Assembly: GCA_030167865.1 (NCBI GenBank)
Contig: JALAGF010004370.1
Location: 1 to 61,013 of the forward strand
Direction of reading: 5' to 3'
DNA: 61,013 nt
From: Craspedostauros australis
Lineage: Eukaryota
This document shows, piece after piece, positions 46,419 through 59,193 of this stretch. Made by a program: the position numbers and the translations under genes. The notes below the pieces were generated by a model. It ran no database searches, was not told the DNA's origin, and worked only from the letters and a program-made list of their open reading frames with translations. How positions within the stretch are numbered: the stretch's first letter is position 1; each line of letters begins with the position of its first letter.

Positions 46419-48420
46419 CTAGAACCCGAAGTTGTTTCCCATCATGCTGCTGCCAGCAGTATTGGACAGACCGCCCAATCCCTGGTTGTTCATGGACAGG
46501 ATCTTGGCCAGATCCGGGTTCATGAGTCGGTTGCCCAGCAACTGCTGCTGCAACATCATCATGGCTGGTTGCTGCTGCTGTTGCTTGTTCGGCATCTTGC
46601 TGGAAGACGCGTTTTGAAATTGGGATGCCTGACCCTGCTGGATGGGTGCATCCTGTAGCTGCTGCTGCTGCTGCATCTGCTGTTGTCTTTGCGACTGTTG
46701 CTGAGACTGCTGTTGTTGTTGCTGGTGTTGCATGACGGTCAGCATGTTCATTCCGGCTGGCATGTTCATGATCGAATCCTTGAGCGAGCTGGAGAAAGAC
46801 GACGATCCTGCGGACATCTGATTCATCGCGTTGGTGAGACCGTTGTTGCCGCTGGTCATGGCACCCATGCGCTCCAAGATTTCGTTGCGGCGTCGTTCCA
46901 ACATTGCGAGTTCCATCTCAGCGAATGACCCGGACGATGTCCCGTTGGGTGATCGCATTGATGGTGTCGTGGCGGATGGGGAGAATCGAGACATGCCACC
47001 GACTCCAGACCCGGACATCGCCGACAGGGAGTTGTTGGACACGAAGGAAGAGGATGGGTTGAAGATGTTGCCGTTGCCGATGTTGTTCATGTTGTTGTTG
47101 CTGCTATTGCTGTTGCCGTTTCCGTTGAGACTGTTTGACGATGTGGATGGATTGTTGTTGTTGTTGTTGAATCGTGAGATCTCTGGGAGCGGATTGTCGC
47201 GGCCGATGGCGTAGAAGTCTGGCGCTGGTTCCTCGTCGGCCTTCTTGCGCTTGCTCATGTCCTTGGTGGTGAGGCGTCGCATGCGGTCGCAAAGGTGTGG
47301 CATGCCGCGGAGGAAGAGCTGTTGGCGTGACGGTTTGCATAATGTGCCGGTACGAGTGGAGAGATTTGAGGGGAAGGCGATGTGAGATATTATTGATTGG
47401 TGTTCATTGGATGGCAGAACTTCAAGCACGGGCACGAGTATGATGGAATGGGAGTGTGCATGATATTGGACCAAGTAAGCAAGCAAGCGAGCAAACAAGC
47501 AAGAATTGACTCACCTCGTGGTAGTAGCTGTTGTAGTCGCTGCCGTGGGTGATTCTGCGGAATCCCCACCCGTTGACCTGGCGAGCGAAAGAGGAGTAGC
47601 GCCCGTGGCGGAAGTAGAGCGGGATGACGCGCTCCTCGAACGCCTTCTGCTGCAGGATCCTCCAGGATCGTCCGTGCGGCAACCAGGCGATGATGTCCTG
47701 GTAGTCCGGGTTGGACAGGATCATGTGGAGCTTGACCGGGAAGGTCGGCTCCTTGGTGGAGGTGGTGGAGGAGGAAACCGAAGCCATGAGGCCGGATCCT
47801 TGCACCGGCTTGTCCGGCATGACGCGGGAGAAGTCGCGGTACGACGATGACACCTGCGTTGGCTTGTTGTCGCCCTGCTGAAGCTGGAGCTGCTGAGCGT
47901 TGTCCTGCTGCTGAGCAGCGCGCTGGTTCTTCTGCAGCTGCTGCTGGAGGTTGTCCTGCTGCTGCATCTTTTGCTGCTGGCGCTGGACCTGCTGGGAGAG
48001 GGCCGCGATGCTGTTGCTCAGGCCTCCCATGCCACCAGATCTGGCCTTCATGTTCATGCCCATGTTCATATTCATGTTCATATTCATGTTGAACAGGTGT
48101 TGCTGGTTGTTGCTGTTGCCTTGTCCGTTGTGCTGGTTTACGCCGGACTTCATGGAGTGCTCATCGTCGTTGAGACTCGCAATGGCGATGGCTGCCGCTG
48201 GCAAGGAGTCGCTGACCTGGAGCGTGGCCTGGGACAGAGGCCTTGGCTGGAAGGCGTTGGTGTTCTGGGACAGCTGGAAGATGGTATCCAAGTGGCTGTT
48301 GGCGCCGGCGGAAGATGCCAGGCCATTGCTGTTGCCGTTGGCCGACAAGGCGTTTGTGTGCGAGGCCGGGAAGCCTCCTCCGAGATGCACGGACAGCGGG
48401 ATGTTTGGTGTGGTTGTCAT
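46419..48420 (-). CDS. Heat shock factor (HSF-type DNA-binding domain) transcription factor; exons 48420-47515 and 47318-46419
   Basis: TFPVKLHMIL...IIAWLPHGRSW...SSFARQVNGWGFRR...YYHE|LFLRGMPHLC across phase-0 intron 47319-47514; Q/N-rich flanks. Confidence 0.93.
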
Positions 48421-51400
48421 CGTGTTTCGACTGAAGCAGGGTGGAGTAGAGTTATTGCTTTGCAATTGGTGTGTTGGTGTGTTGGTGTGTTGATGCGTTG
48501 ATGCGTTGGCGTGTTGGTGAGATTGTGAGTTGTTCTTGTTCTTGCGATTGAAGGCGGTTCTGGTTGGATTTGTGACTGGTAATGCTTTTACTTTTGCTTT
48601 TGCTTTTGGTTTGGGCTGGGTTGCGATTTGTGAGAAGGTGTGGACGTTTGGAGGTTTCGGGGTTTGCGTCTTCACTTTCCTTCGTTGAGTAGCGTGGCTT
48701 TCTTTGTCGATTTCTCTTTCCAAGGCGTGGCGCTCGTACTCGCGTTTGCTGAAGAGGACTCGTTGCTTTCGCTTTGCTGGTGGAGTACGGCCAATCACGT
48801 CAACGAAGTTTGATCAAAGGCCACCAGAGCACTCGTGTGGGCGCGTTGGGTGTCCTGTTTCTCTCCCTCTCTGTGCAGTTCCCTGTACACAGAGCAGGTT
48901 ATTCAGGTGCTAATGCCCTTCGGCGTTGTGTCCTTACTGTCTTGTTGGTGCTGGATCGGAAGGCTCAGGGACATAGATTCCTTTCTCCGTGTAGCAGTGA
49001 ACCACTTGATACAACATGTGGACCAACAACGCCAACTTCGCTGAAGACAATAGCGCATTCGGTTTCCGACAAGTCTTCTGTTCGGTCTGCGATTCCCCGA
49101 TACGGACTAATTAGTTTCCATATACGGACAAACGATAAAACAGCCATTAAACGATGCGCAACCAGTAGTTTTTCGTTGTTCGTCTTTCATGACTGTCGGG
49201 CTTTTCCGGAAATCCTGAGAGCGTTTGTTGCAGGGCATTTATGCCACAGCGAAGTGCTTGGTATTCGTCTGTACGACGGCGCGACCACCCCGAGATTCTT
49301 CGTCACTCTCGATAGTCCGAAAAAGACCGTGCGCTTCAACACGGATACTTAAAGAGAGTCTGGCTGTTCCTGATCATGTGCCCACAAGGGCGTATGGCTC
49401 GTCGCCACCATGCAATGCAACATGGAGGCATTGCAGGCGAAGATTAATGAGGGCGTCGCAGTCTCAACTATGTTCGGATTCAGGTACTGTTCAGGATCAG
49501 ACCTTCTGTCGTACCGGCAATTGGCTGCAAGAGTGGAACATTCCACGGGAACCACTTTACGTCTTGGCGTCATCGCGCAAGTTACGTGCGAAGTTGCATA
49601 GTGTTTGCACCACTATGCCAGAGGGCACAAACCGCAGGTTTCTATTTTGGACGTGCGCACACTTTGGCGGTGGAAACGCTTTGGCGTGCTCGCCGCTCTG
49701 TTGGCATCGTGTCCTGCAACACCCGCCTCACCTCTTCCCTCAATACATGGAGTTACTTCGGCCGGCCCTGTTCTTCGTGTTCGTCTCAATTGCGGGTGAA
49801 GGTTCAAGGATGCATTGCGTTGGCGATGGACATGGATGAGAATGAGAATGAGGAAGAGGGTGTGGGAGAACTCGAAGAGTCAACCATGGCGGAATTCAAG
49901 AGGAGGAGTCCGATTAGAGTGGAGGGTCTCCACGAGTAAGCTATCTTATCACTGCAATAGGTATTGGGTATCGGACCGATTCTACTTTATCATTGCTCGT
50001 TCTGCCACCAAGGGATAGAAGAGTTGGTCACGAAATTGGTTGAGGTTGTGATGGCACCGACTGGGCTCGTTGTTGCACGGTACACGGTCCCATGGTCCAT
50101 GGACCATGGACGTCCATGGTTCACGACGTGGTCGACTACCATAGTTTGTAGTCAAGGTACGACCTACGAGCAGTCCACACGCGCACGAGCGCACTTGCCG
50201 CTCTCTTCCTCCTCCCCAGCACACTCGTCGCTCATCGTACGTAAATGGAATGGCGCAAGCACTGCCAAGGTTGGTTGGATACTTACTCGTAGTAGTAATA
50301 GTATGCACTTGTAGCAACGGTGGGAGCACGGCTGCAATACCAGCAACAACGAGGATCTGCCAGCCCTAATTCTCCTGACCTCCGTCGCCACTTTTGTCCA
50401 TGTAGTTGAACTTCAAGGCTACGCACATAGTGGAGGATATGCACGGCAGAGTCGAGTACGCTGCGATGGCGTGTGATCTGATCACCTTTCCCATGGGTGC
50501 GGCGCGCCTTGTGTGTCATCCTTGCCACACAGACAGCCGTGCTCGCACATTGCGAACTGCTCCGCATCTGTTTCTGTCGTGCATGTGTTAGGTTGGACAC
50601 GCTTGCACTCAGACAAGTTGTGTTGAGCTACGTCCACGTCCATTCTCGCATTCGTATTCGTATTCCGTCTTTCCGCCGTTTCATCAATTCAACAGGCGTC
50701 GCCATTGTCCAGTGATGCTTCCACATGAGTCGTCCATAAGCAATAGCCTTGTTGCTTCTTCCTCGGTCTGACCTTTTGTGACTTGTTGGCCATGTGTTGT
50801 GGTTCGGTCGCCGTCGGAGTTATCATCGTGCATTTCGCCTCGCGAGATTTTCGGCCCATCTCCCCCTTTTTGTTTATGCCACGCCTTGCATTTCAAGACT
50901 AGGACAACTTCGACAAGGGGGCTTGCATGTGCCTGTCACGCCGAGACCCGAGCTATAACAGCCATCTCAGGGCTACTATACTTGCGAAAATACTCCACAT
51001 CTACGAGTAAGAGCAAACAGAAATGCAACATCTATAATACGTCCGAGGACGGGCCCCACGCAACTGTGGACAGTGAATAATGGAGCAGAGCAGAGCTGAG
51101 CAGAAACCTGGCGTGGTCGAGCATCCGTACGAGTTATACATCCTCAACTACAATGTTTGTAGTCCACCTGAGAACGCATCACACCTGCTTTGGTATCGGA
51201 TGGACATTCTTTGAAACGGTAGCTCTGGCACCACAGCCTTCGTTTGATTTAGATCTGTGCTCTCTTTGCCGAACTTGGTGTCGACGCGCTCCACCCGCGG
51301 AGTTGGGCCAAACGATCTGTCGCCAAGGAGGTGGACAAAACGACCAACAACTTGTATTCGTGCCGGCAGATAACGCAATGGGCAGAAACCAGGATACCCT

Positions 51401-53495
51401 CCGGCCAACAAACAGGCCGTCTGATAAGGTGAACATCCAAACACAAGACCATCTCAAGCAAGACGATGGGATGAAATGTACTCCCATTCCGGTGGCAATG
51501 GTGGAAGTCAGACTCCCGGCGTGGCCAGGAGTTGCACAATACTCGTAAGCTGCAAGTACGCAGGAGTAGTCGTAGTGGAGTACGACTATGGGTATGGTGC
51601 ACATCATCTGGCGTTCGGAGAAGAATCTGTGACCTTCGCTGATCTTCATCTCGACCTGATCGTAATTCAGCACGACCTCCTGGGTCCTCTTCGATGTTGT
51701 TTGCCTTTCTCACACTTGCGCTGCACTTCAAACTGTCCCATTGAGCAATGCTACCACAAGGTAATTCACAGATGATGCGAGGCGGAAATAACTCTGACCC
51801 CAATACATATGCAGGCGAGGTAACCATTGAAGGCCATGAACACGAATAGAATAGGACATGGACGAGCCATCAGTACTGGCGTAAGAGTAGGCGATCCAAG
51901 AGATTGACACCGAGGAGAGAAAGAGAAAGACAGAGAGACCCACCACCGAGGAGGAAAGCCTGTGCAATCGAGATACGGGAGAAACAGGTTTGCCATATCA
52001 GTACTAGTCGTATGTGGGTGAGATAATGAGTCGCAGCGCTTGCATTCCATGGCGACCGAACCTGCTCAAGCAGCTTTGCCTAGCCACCGTATGAGTTGCG
52101 ATATGTATTGCATTTTACTTGCATTTCTCTTCGCTGAGAAAGATGCCGTATTGCTTCATGGAGTCTTGGAGGTTGCATTAGCACACAGAGATTATGTACG
52201 AGCGACCATACGAGTTATTATACCATTACATTATAGAATATCACATTCTTTCGCGCTGCATCGGATCGCTTCTTCATTTCCGAGGAGTCTCGAGATCCCA
52301 ATGCGTGGCTGACGTGCTCTACATGTACGTGTAATGTCATCGTGCATCAGATTGCTGGCATCTAGTCCTATACTCTTAGCTCGCATTCATAGCATGCCTT
52401 TGCATTGGTCCTTGCGACCTGTCTTGCTTTTCGTCATTGTTTGTGTTAGATTTTTTGCCTGGTTGTGTCCACGATTTTCCCAGAGAGGGTCCGACCTTCT
52501 CAATCCTGGTTCACGGTCTTGGGTTCTGCGCTTTCCACGTGGCAAAGAGGGTCCCACTGCGCCATACCACGCCACACCACAACAATACCACAAATGCACT
52601 CTCCGCAAGCCGCAGCAAACCTTCGTGGAGAAACAGATTGGAGACACCACCATTGTCGTACCTGGCCATCTCCACGGTCCATGTGTTGTCTCAGTATTGG
52701 CAGTCGTACCTGTACCGTACCGTGGAGTGCTCCACTCTCTCGAGAGGCCGGTTGACCAGAGACCGTGCCGTGGGAAAGCCTCAACGAGGCTATCTCGTGA
52801 GCCAGACGACACCATGTAGTGGATCGTAGGATGTCATCAACATCTCCACTCCCTCTCTCGATGTATGACAGTGAGAGTGAGAGAGAGAGCGTATGGCTAA
52901 CAATCGCTTCGAACGAACTGGCAACCATGGGCGTTGTCACGATTTCACCCACAGACAACCATTCCGAGGCTGCTGACGATCGAAGTCGCCACCCCAAGAG
53001 TGTACGATTACCACGGCGAAGCACGAACACGATCGCGATTTGTACTGAGCAAAATCATGAAGACAAAACAGAGAGAAGGAATTGGCAATCGAACTATTAC
53101 CAATACGATGCACGATGTGAGATCCCACGATGTGAGATCCCACGATGGACAATGTGACGAGGGCACGGGACCACGATGGCATCTTGCTACTCGTACTCGT
53201 AGTCGAATGCGACGTCGCCTACACGCAGTTGAGATTCTGCTGATACACCGGTACACAATAGCTGTTCGTTGAGATCTGTGGGCAAGCAGGCGATGAGCTA
53301 AGGAGATCCCATCCTCGGCCAACAGCTTTCATAAAGCAAAAGCGCGGGATTATAGAAGAAGCCACTCCTCGACACGTCTCGATACACCCGCATTCATACT
53401 CAAGCACACGCTTCGCGCTCGCACGACGACAACCACAAGGCAAGCCAAGACAATCACCCGCATCCCAGTACATACTATAGCTTTCTGCGCTAAGC

Positions 53496-54740
53496 ATGTC
53501 GGTCAGCCTCCAAGCACGTTCTTTGGTCCTGCTCGGCGAGTTGCCGAAGCTGCAACAGGAAGCGCACGCACTCTTGACCGAGCTTGCCTTCAGCAATGCC
53601 GACATACAGAAGGCATCGACTGATCTTCCCACGAAGAGCAAGGAGCATCAACAATTGGCCTCAAACCGCACACAAGAACTTGTACGGTCGTCACCACACG
53701 ACTTTGCTATTCTGCGAAAGAAGTACGGCCCATGTATCATTGATATGCTGCGACAGGAAGTCAGCAAGAATACCAACGACGTTACCACCACCACCACCAC
53801 CACCGACATCGCTACTGATAGTCCAGCTGGCCCAAGCAATACGACGAAGGGTCTTGATTCGGCCATCTTCGTAGATTTCGAAGATGATGACGGCATCGTC
53901 CTGTGCGCCGCCCGTAGTGCCAGCCGTAATGCCGACAAGCTAGTGCAAGAGACTCTCGCCAGTATCGACGATTGGGTGGCGAAGAACAAGTACGACCAGT
54001 TGGTTGAGTGCGTCTGTTGCTACGATTCCTGCGACAAAACAAAGGGCCTCGCATGCGCCAATGGGCACTTCTTCTGCTCGGTGCAAGGTTGCCTGGAGAG
54101 AGCAATAGACACGCAGCTGTCTGAATTTTCTTTCAGAGATGGCGATTCGCTTCTGTGCCAGGTCTGCCAGGGTCCGTACAGCATGGACGACATCGCATCG
54201 CACATATCTGGCAAGCTGCACGAGATAGTCCAAGAAATAATCACCGAGAAGAAGCAGAACCGGAGCCCAACCACTCGCACCGAACCGAAGGAGCAAGCTG
54301 GTAACGTGGCTACGGATGGCAGCCAACCCAGTCCAGCTGACCAACTGAAGGCGGACGCTCAGAAGAAAGCGCTGGAGATCTGCAACTCCACTCTGAACTT
54401 ATCATGTCCTCATTGTCATGTGGCTTATGTGGACTTCACTGGTTGTGTTGCGATAGAATGCTCCAAATGCAAAGGCTATTTTTGCGGCTACTGTCATGCA
54501 AAGGCGACGTCATGGAATCATGCCCATACATTAGTGGAGACTTGCCCAATGAACGAGAAGCCTGGCGATCCGTATGGGAGCCCTGAGATCATCAAACGAG
54601 TCCAAAAGAAGTACAGAATTGGCAAACTGAAGGCATCTCTGCAGCAGTATGGCAAGGAGATGCAAACCGCCGTTTTGACGGAACTTGGCAAAGAGCTATC
54701 GGCACTAGACATCCAGACAAGTGAGGTGTTGCACGAGTAG
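53496..54740 (+). CDS. RING finger plus Rcat/RING2-like zinc finger protein (RBR-related putative E3 ligase)
   Basis: RING CVCC...CANGHFFC...C...CQVC. Second finger CPHCHVAYVDFTGCVAIECSKCKGYFCGYC. Confidence 0.75.
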   Translation: MSVSLQARSLVLLGELPKLQQEAHALLTELAFSNADIQKASTDLPTKSKEHQQLASNRTQELVRSSPHDFAILRKKYGPCIIDMLRQEVSKNTNDVTTTTTTTDIATDSPAGPSNTTKGLDSAIFVDFEDDDGIVLCAARSASRNADKLVQETLASIDDWVAKNKYDQLVECVCCYDSCDKTKGLACANGHFFCSVQGCLERAIDTQLSEFSFRDGDSLLCQVCQGPYSMDDIASHISGKLHEIVQEIITEKKQNRSPTTRTEPKEQAGNVATDGSQPSPADQLKADAQKKALEICNSTLNLSCPHCHVAYVDFTGCVAIECSKCKGYFCGYCHAKATSWNHAHTLVETCPMNEKPGDPYGSPEIIKRVQKKYRIGKLKASLQQYGKEMQTAVLTELGKELSALDIQTSEVLHE

Positions 54741-55663
54741 GGGATGGTCGAAAAAGGTCACGTGTATGGTGTCCACCTCTATGACATCGACTCGTCAACC
54801 ACGGAGCGAACACACAAAACGAGATCATCTCATCCGCACTCGTAGCTTGCAGTCCTCGTGCATCTACAAATGCACGAACACATACGCGGCAGTGCATGAT
54901 ATCGCATCTCTTAAATACTCCCAAGTATTGATCTCTCTATAGAGCACATTGACATGTTCTATTGCAGTGGCGCATACGATAGAAACCGATTGAAAGCAGT
55001 TTGCTTGTGTTATTGATATTATTCAGCAAGGCGCGCTGATAGGCCTGTCCGCTGACCGGTGGATGATACTCCTGCGGAAGATACCAGTACACCCATTGTC
55101 TTGCTGGACGTAGTCTTACGAGGATGAAGTACATGCACACCGGCTGCTCCGAAGTAGGTAGTCGGTCACTATCTACCAGCACACGCAGAATGCTTGCGCA
55201 GGGATTGTCCTTGCCTGCACTTCTTGCGCACCACTTTTTGTCGTGTTGATCAAAAGATACCTTTTGCGACCTCGGCTTGGAATCTCCCACGTTTGGAAAA
55301 TCCTGCCCAAGCAACACATCAAACAAGAAGCCTCCTGTCTGGTGGCCCTCTTCGTGTGGTCATCGAAGGACGGATCCGCTCGGCGACGAACAAGGGGGGA
55401 GGAGAACACAAATGAACCATTCCATCGGACATCACTGGAACCAGAAAGATCATCGGACTCGACAACCTCCACAAGCAAGAAGAGCATCACAAGGCAACTC
55501 AAGGGCCAAGCTCGAAGATAACCAACGAACGCTTGCATTGCTGTCACCTGCCAAGAGCTCAAAAAAGCGAACGAGCAGCAAGCAAGAAAGCAGCAAATCC
55601 CTCTGGCAGCGGTCCGCCTCACCTTAATCATTCACTCCATCAACACTACACTTTCAACCAGCC

Positions 55664-56701
55664 ATGACGACGCCCGAAATCAAGCCTCCCGTTCCTCCGT
55701 TTTCCCTTGAGGATGCCGTCAAGAAGGTCCGCATGGCCGAGAATGCATGGAACACACGAGATCCCGACAAGGTGAGTGGCATTCGGTGTCGTGGCTGGGT
55801 CGATGCTCTCGACCTCGATCTGATTTGTCCAAGCTTTCTGCGAAAGATGCGAGTGCTGCGCGTCCTTTTGTGAGTCTCGCTGGCCGATGGGATGTCGCAA
55901 TCGCGCAGCACCAAGCTCGCAATCTGCAAACATGGTCACGGCCACCATTTGTTCCATCTCATCCCTGCCGCATATTCATCGCTGACGATGTCTCTCTCAC
56001 TGTTTACCATCTGGGATCATGTTCCGATGTGCCCATACTACATGATGACCGCGTGTGTTGTATGCAACAGGTGAAGATGGCCTACACAATCGATTCCGAA
56101 TGGAGGAATCGTTCCACATTCGTCAAGGGCCGTGACGAGATCCGCAAATTTCTCGACGGCAAATGGGATCGCGAGCAGGAATACCGCCTCATCAAAGAGA
56201 TCTGGGCGCACGGGGACAACCGCATTGCGGTGCGATTTGCATACGAATACCACAACGCCGATGGCAAATGGTTCCGCGCGTACGGTGAGTTTGGAAAATG
56301 TTGGCTGGAATGTGTTACGTAGGTGCAAGAAACACTGCTTGATGGAAAGCCTTGGGGCGGGACCAGTGTCGACACTTGCGTTCTTTGTCAGATCATGAGT
56401 GCACATACTCTACTCCGCACTCTACTCTGTATGGGACGCTATATGCCGCTCCCCTTCGTTCATCAACTTTGTGCTCACCAATATCCTGTACACATGCGCT
56501 CAATTGCATTCCTATTTTCTGCTTGATTTGAATGAGCGATCAGGAAATGAGAATTGGGAGTTCAACGAGCATGGTTTGATGCAGAAGCGCCACGCGTCCA
56601 TCAATGACGTTGCAATTGAAGAGAGCGATCGTCTATTCCATTGGCCGCAAGATGGCCCACGACCGGACGAGCATCCAGGTTTGACAGAGCTTGGTCTGTA
56701 G
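55664..56701 (+). CDS. DUF1348 (NTF2/SnoaL-like) protein; exons 55664-55771, 56071-56284 and 56544-56701
   Basis: Spliced product [43 protein letters not shown]...IAVRFAYE...WFRAYG|NENWEF...RHASIND...HPGLTELGL, with two canonical GT-AG introns. Confidence 0.92.
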
Positions 56702-57245
56702 AACGCACATGGGGCGGAGATTGCACAATCAAGTTGTGTGTGTGTTTTAACCGAAGGTGGTGGACGAGTACACAGATGGTAACGCACGAGCAGTGCTCTT
56801 CGCATGGTATGCATGACACGTGAATACGAGCATCGACGAAAGACGGTGGCATTTCCATCAAGCAAGGACCATCAATACACATGAAAGCACAACTCGATGT
56901 GCGGTGCAATAACAATAGCCAATTAGAGTATCAATCGTTGTGAGCAAATCATGATCAGCCAATCGACTTTCAAAGTGTTGACTGGAGCACAGACCTTCAG
57001 CCCTCAGGATTTGGTGCATTTCTCTCTGGTGCCAGGCCGTTCCGAGATCGGCAATCATTCCGATCTGTGCGTGTGCAAATGTTTTGCGCTCACGTTTGCG
57101 CTCATGTTTGCGTGCGTGCTTGATCACGCACTCTACCCTTTGCCAATCTACCACTGGTGACAATCGGATACCACCCCGATGTACGAGTTTGGGCAACAAT
57201 ACAAGTAATGTGCACTGCTTCGGCAGTTGCAACACCAGCAACAGA

Positions 57246-58132
57246 TTACTCCTTTGTGGTTGTACAGCTGTGGTCGGCCGGTTCTGTCACCAACGAATCA
57301 GCACCCGAGCATTCCTTCACTCCTGCGAGTGCGCAGTATTCGTCTTCATCGCCAGCAGCGCCTGAAATGCCGACCGATCCGAGGATGCTGCCAGATTCCT
57401 TATCCCGCACGAGAATGCCCCCCTGGAATGCTGCCATCTGACCATCGACAGCCGTGATTTGATTCAGAACACGTGCGAATCGTTCCGGGCCGACAAAGTT
57501 GCCGTCCTTGCCGGTCAGGTATTTGGCGCCGTACGCACGGGAGGACGCGCTCACTGCGATGCAAGTATTGGCCTTGGCAGATGCCAATGGGGCATATGCG
57601 TTGGGCTGTGGTTGTCGGCGTTGCAAGGGAATCGGAGATGAACAGATATGATTGAGGAAGGGGAGAAGGGCATTGCATGAGTGAAAGAGCGGTTGAGAAT
57701 CATCCATGTTGCTGCCACTGCTGCTACCGCGAACAGCATCGCTCCGAAGCGTTATTTGGCTGATGTGAGTCGCTCTTATTCAGTGACATCACATCGGGTT
57801 CAGGTGCGTAGTTGTATCACACAAGTATGGTACCATACTGCAGGTCACACGCCGGTGATACGGCATGACCTTTCTCTCTCTCTCTCTCTCTCCATCCAAT
57901 ACTCCAACACTCCAACAACGCGCTCCCTTCGCACAGGAGCGGCTACGACGCGGATTCATCAACTCACTGGACACCCATCCATGCGCTTGGTGACGATCGG
58001 GTTGCCAAAGGTGTCCATCACACAAACGCAGATTGGCTTGAAGCTGTTTCTGGTGGCAGCTTCGATCGCCTTGCTGGCGATCTCGTCGGCGACCTTGAGG
58101 TTCAGGATTCGGACAGTGGAGAAGGCGGACAT
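57246..58132 (-). CDS. GlcG/HbpS-like heme-binding protein (DUF336); exons 58132-57968 and 57605-57246
   Basis: ICVCVMDTFGNPIVTKRMDGCP|PNAYAPLASAKANT...GGILV...ILGSVGISGAAGDEDE; phase-0 intron 57606-57967. Confidence 0.88.
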
Positions 58133-58773
58133 CGTGATGTGGATACTCGTAGTTGTAGGTTGGTGGGAGATGCTGGTATGATGGGAATGGATCGACCGAT
58201 TGATGCAAGAAGATGTAGATTCGTGGCTTGTTATTGCTTTGTGACTTTGCTGCAGCTCCTGCTCCTGTTGCCGCCGATGGTGGTGATGATGGCGGCGAAG
58301 CAGAAGCAGGCGGTGATGGCGATTCATGGTACCACTCCAACACCTGCATGTATGCAGTGTTGGCGCGGACACGTGTTGATGGGTGCCGAAGGATGGATGT
58401 GTTGTGACGAGAACAACTTGACGTCATTGGACATCCTCCGGCGTGATTCACAATCACGGACGAATTGATGGTCCGATGAATCAAAGATGAAATGGGCTCC
58501 ATCCACGAGTCCAGACCATCAAACAAGACTGACATCATGATGGCTGACGTTGTTTCGTCGATGGGGTGGGAACGCCTGACACGGTGTTGTCAGGGTGCAA
58601 GAAGCAGCAACACAGAAGACCAGGACGAGAACCATTGCAGTCGTTGATCCAACATCTGCGCAACACTTCAACCATTGAGCATCACAAACCAACGATCACG
58701 CCTTGACAACATCGCACAACCCGTGCCATACATTCCTGCCTTCCTCACCGTTATCCCATTGTCCAAATTCACA

Positions 58774-59193
58774 ATGATCGCTTCCATGAGACTCATCGCC
58801 CTCGCTGTGCTGCTTGCAGCCTTCGCTTGCCTCCCAACCGAGGCATTCACGATGCCTGGCGGATTTGCCGTGGTCAGCAATCACAAGCAGGGGATCGTGC
58901 AGAGAGCGATGATCACATCGTTGTCAGAAAAGAAGGACGATGGTGTCATTGAGCTCGCCGACGACGACGAAAGCGAGACCGCAAAGGGTTCCTCCGACAA
59001 GACGGTGGCTCCCTTTCTGAGTCAGGGTGACATATCCGAGGAGGCAATGGACATGGATTTCTCGGATCCCAAGCAAGCTCGCGTGATGTTCTACATCATC
59101 CTTTCTCTGGTCCCGATCCTGTTCTTGATTCCCCTGATGCTGGGATCCAGGGAGCTGATCCCGGCTGAGATGCTTCCACCGGTGGAGCTTTAA
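58774..59193 (+). CDS. Small plastid-targeted protein of unknown function with a C-terminal TM helix
   Basis: Signal peptide followed by EAF motif; acidic middle region; hydrophobic VMFYIILSLVPILFLIPLML. Confidence 0.75.
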   Translation: MIASMRLIALAVLLAAFACLPTEAFTMPGGFAVVSNHKQGIVQRAMITSLSEKKDDGVIELADDDESETAKGSSDKTVAPFLSQGDISEEAMDMDFSDPKQARVMFYIILSLVPILFLIPLMLGSRELIPAEMLPPVEL

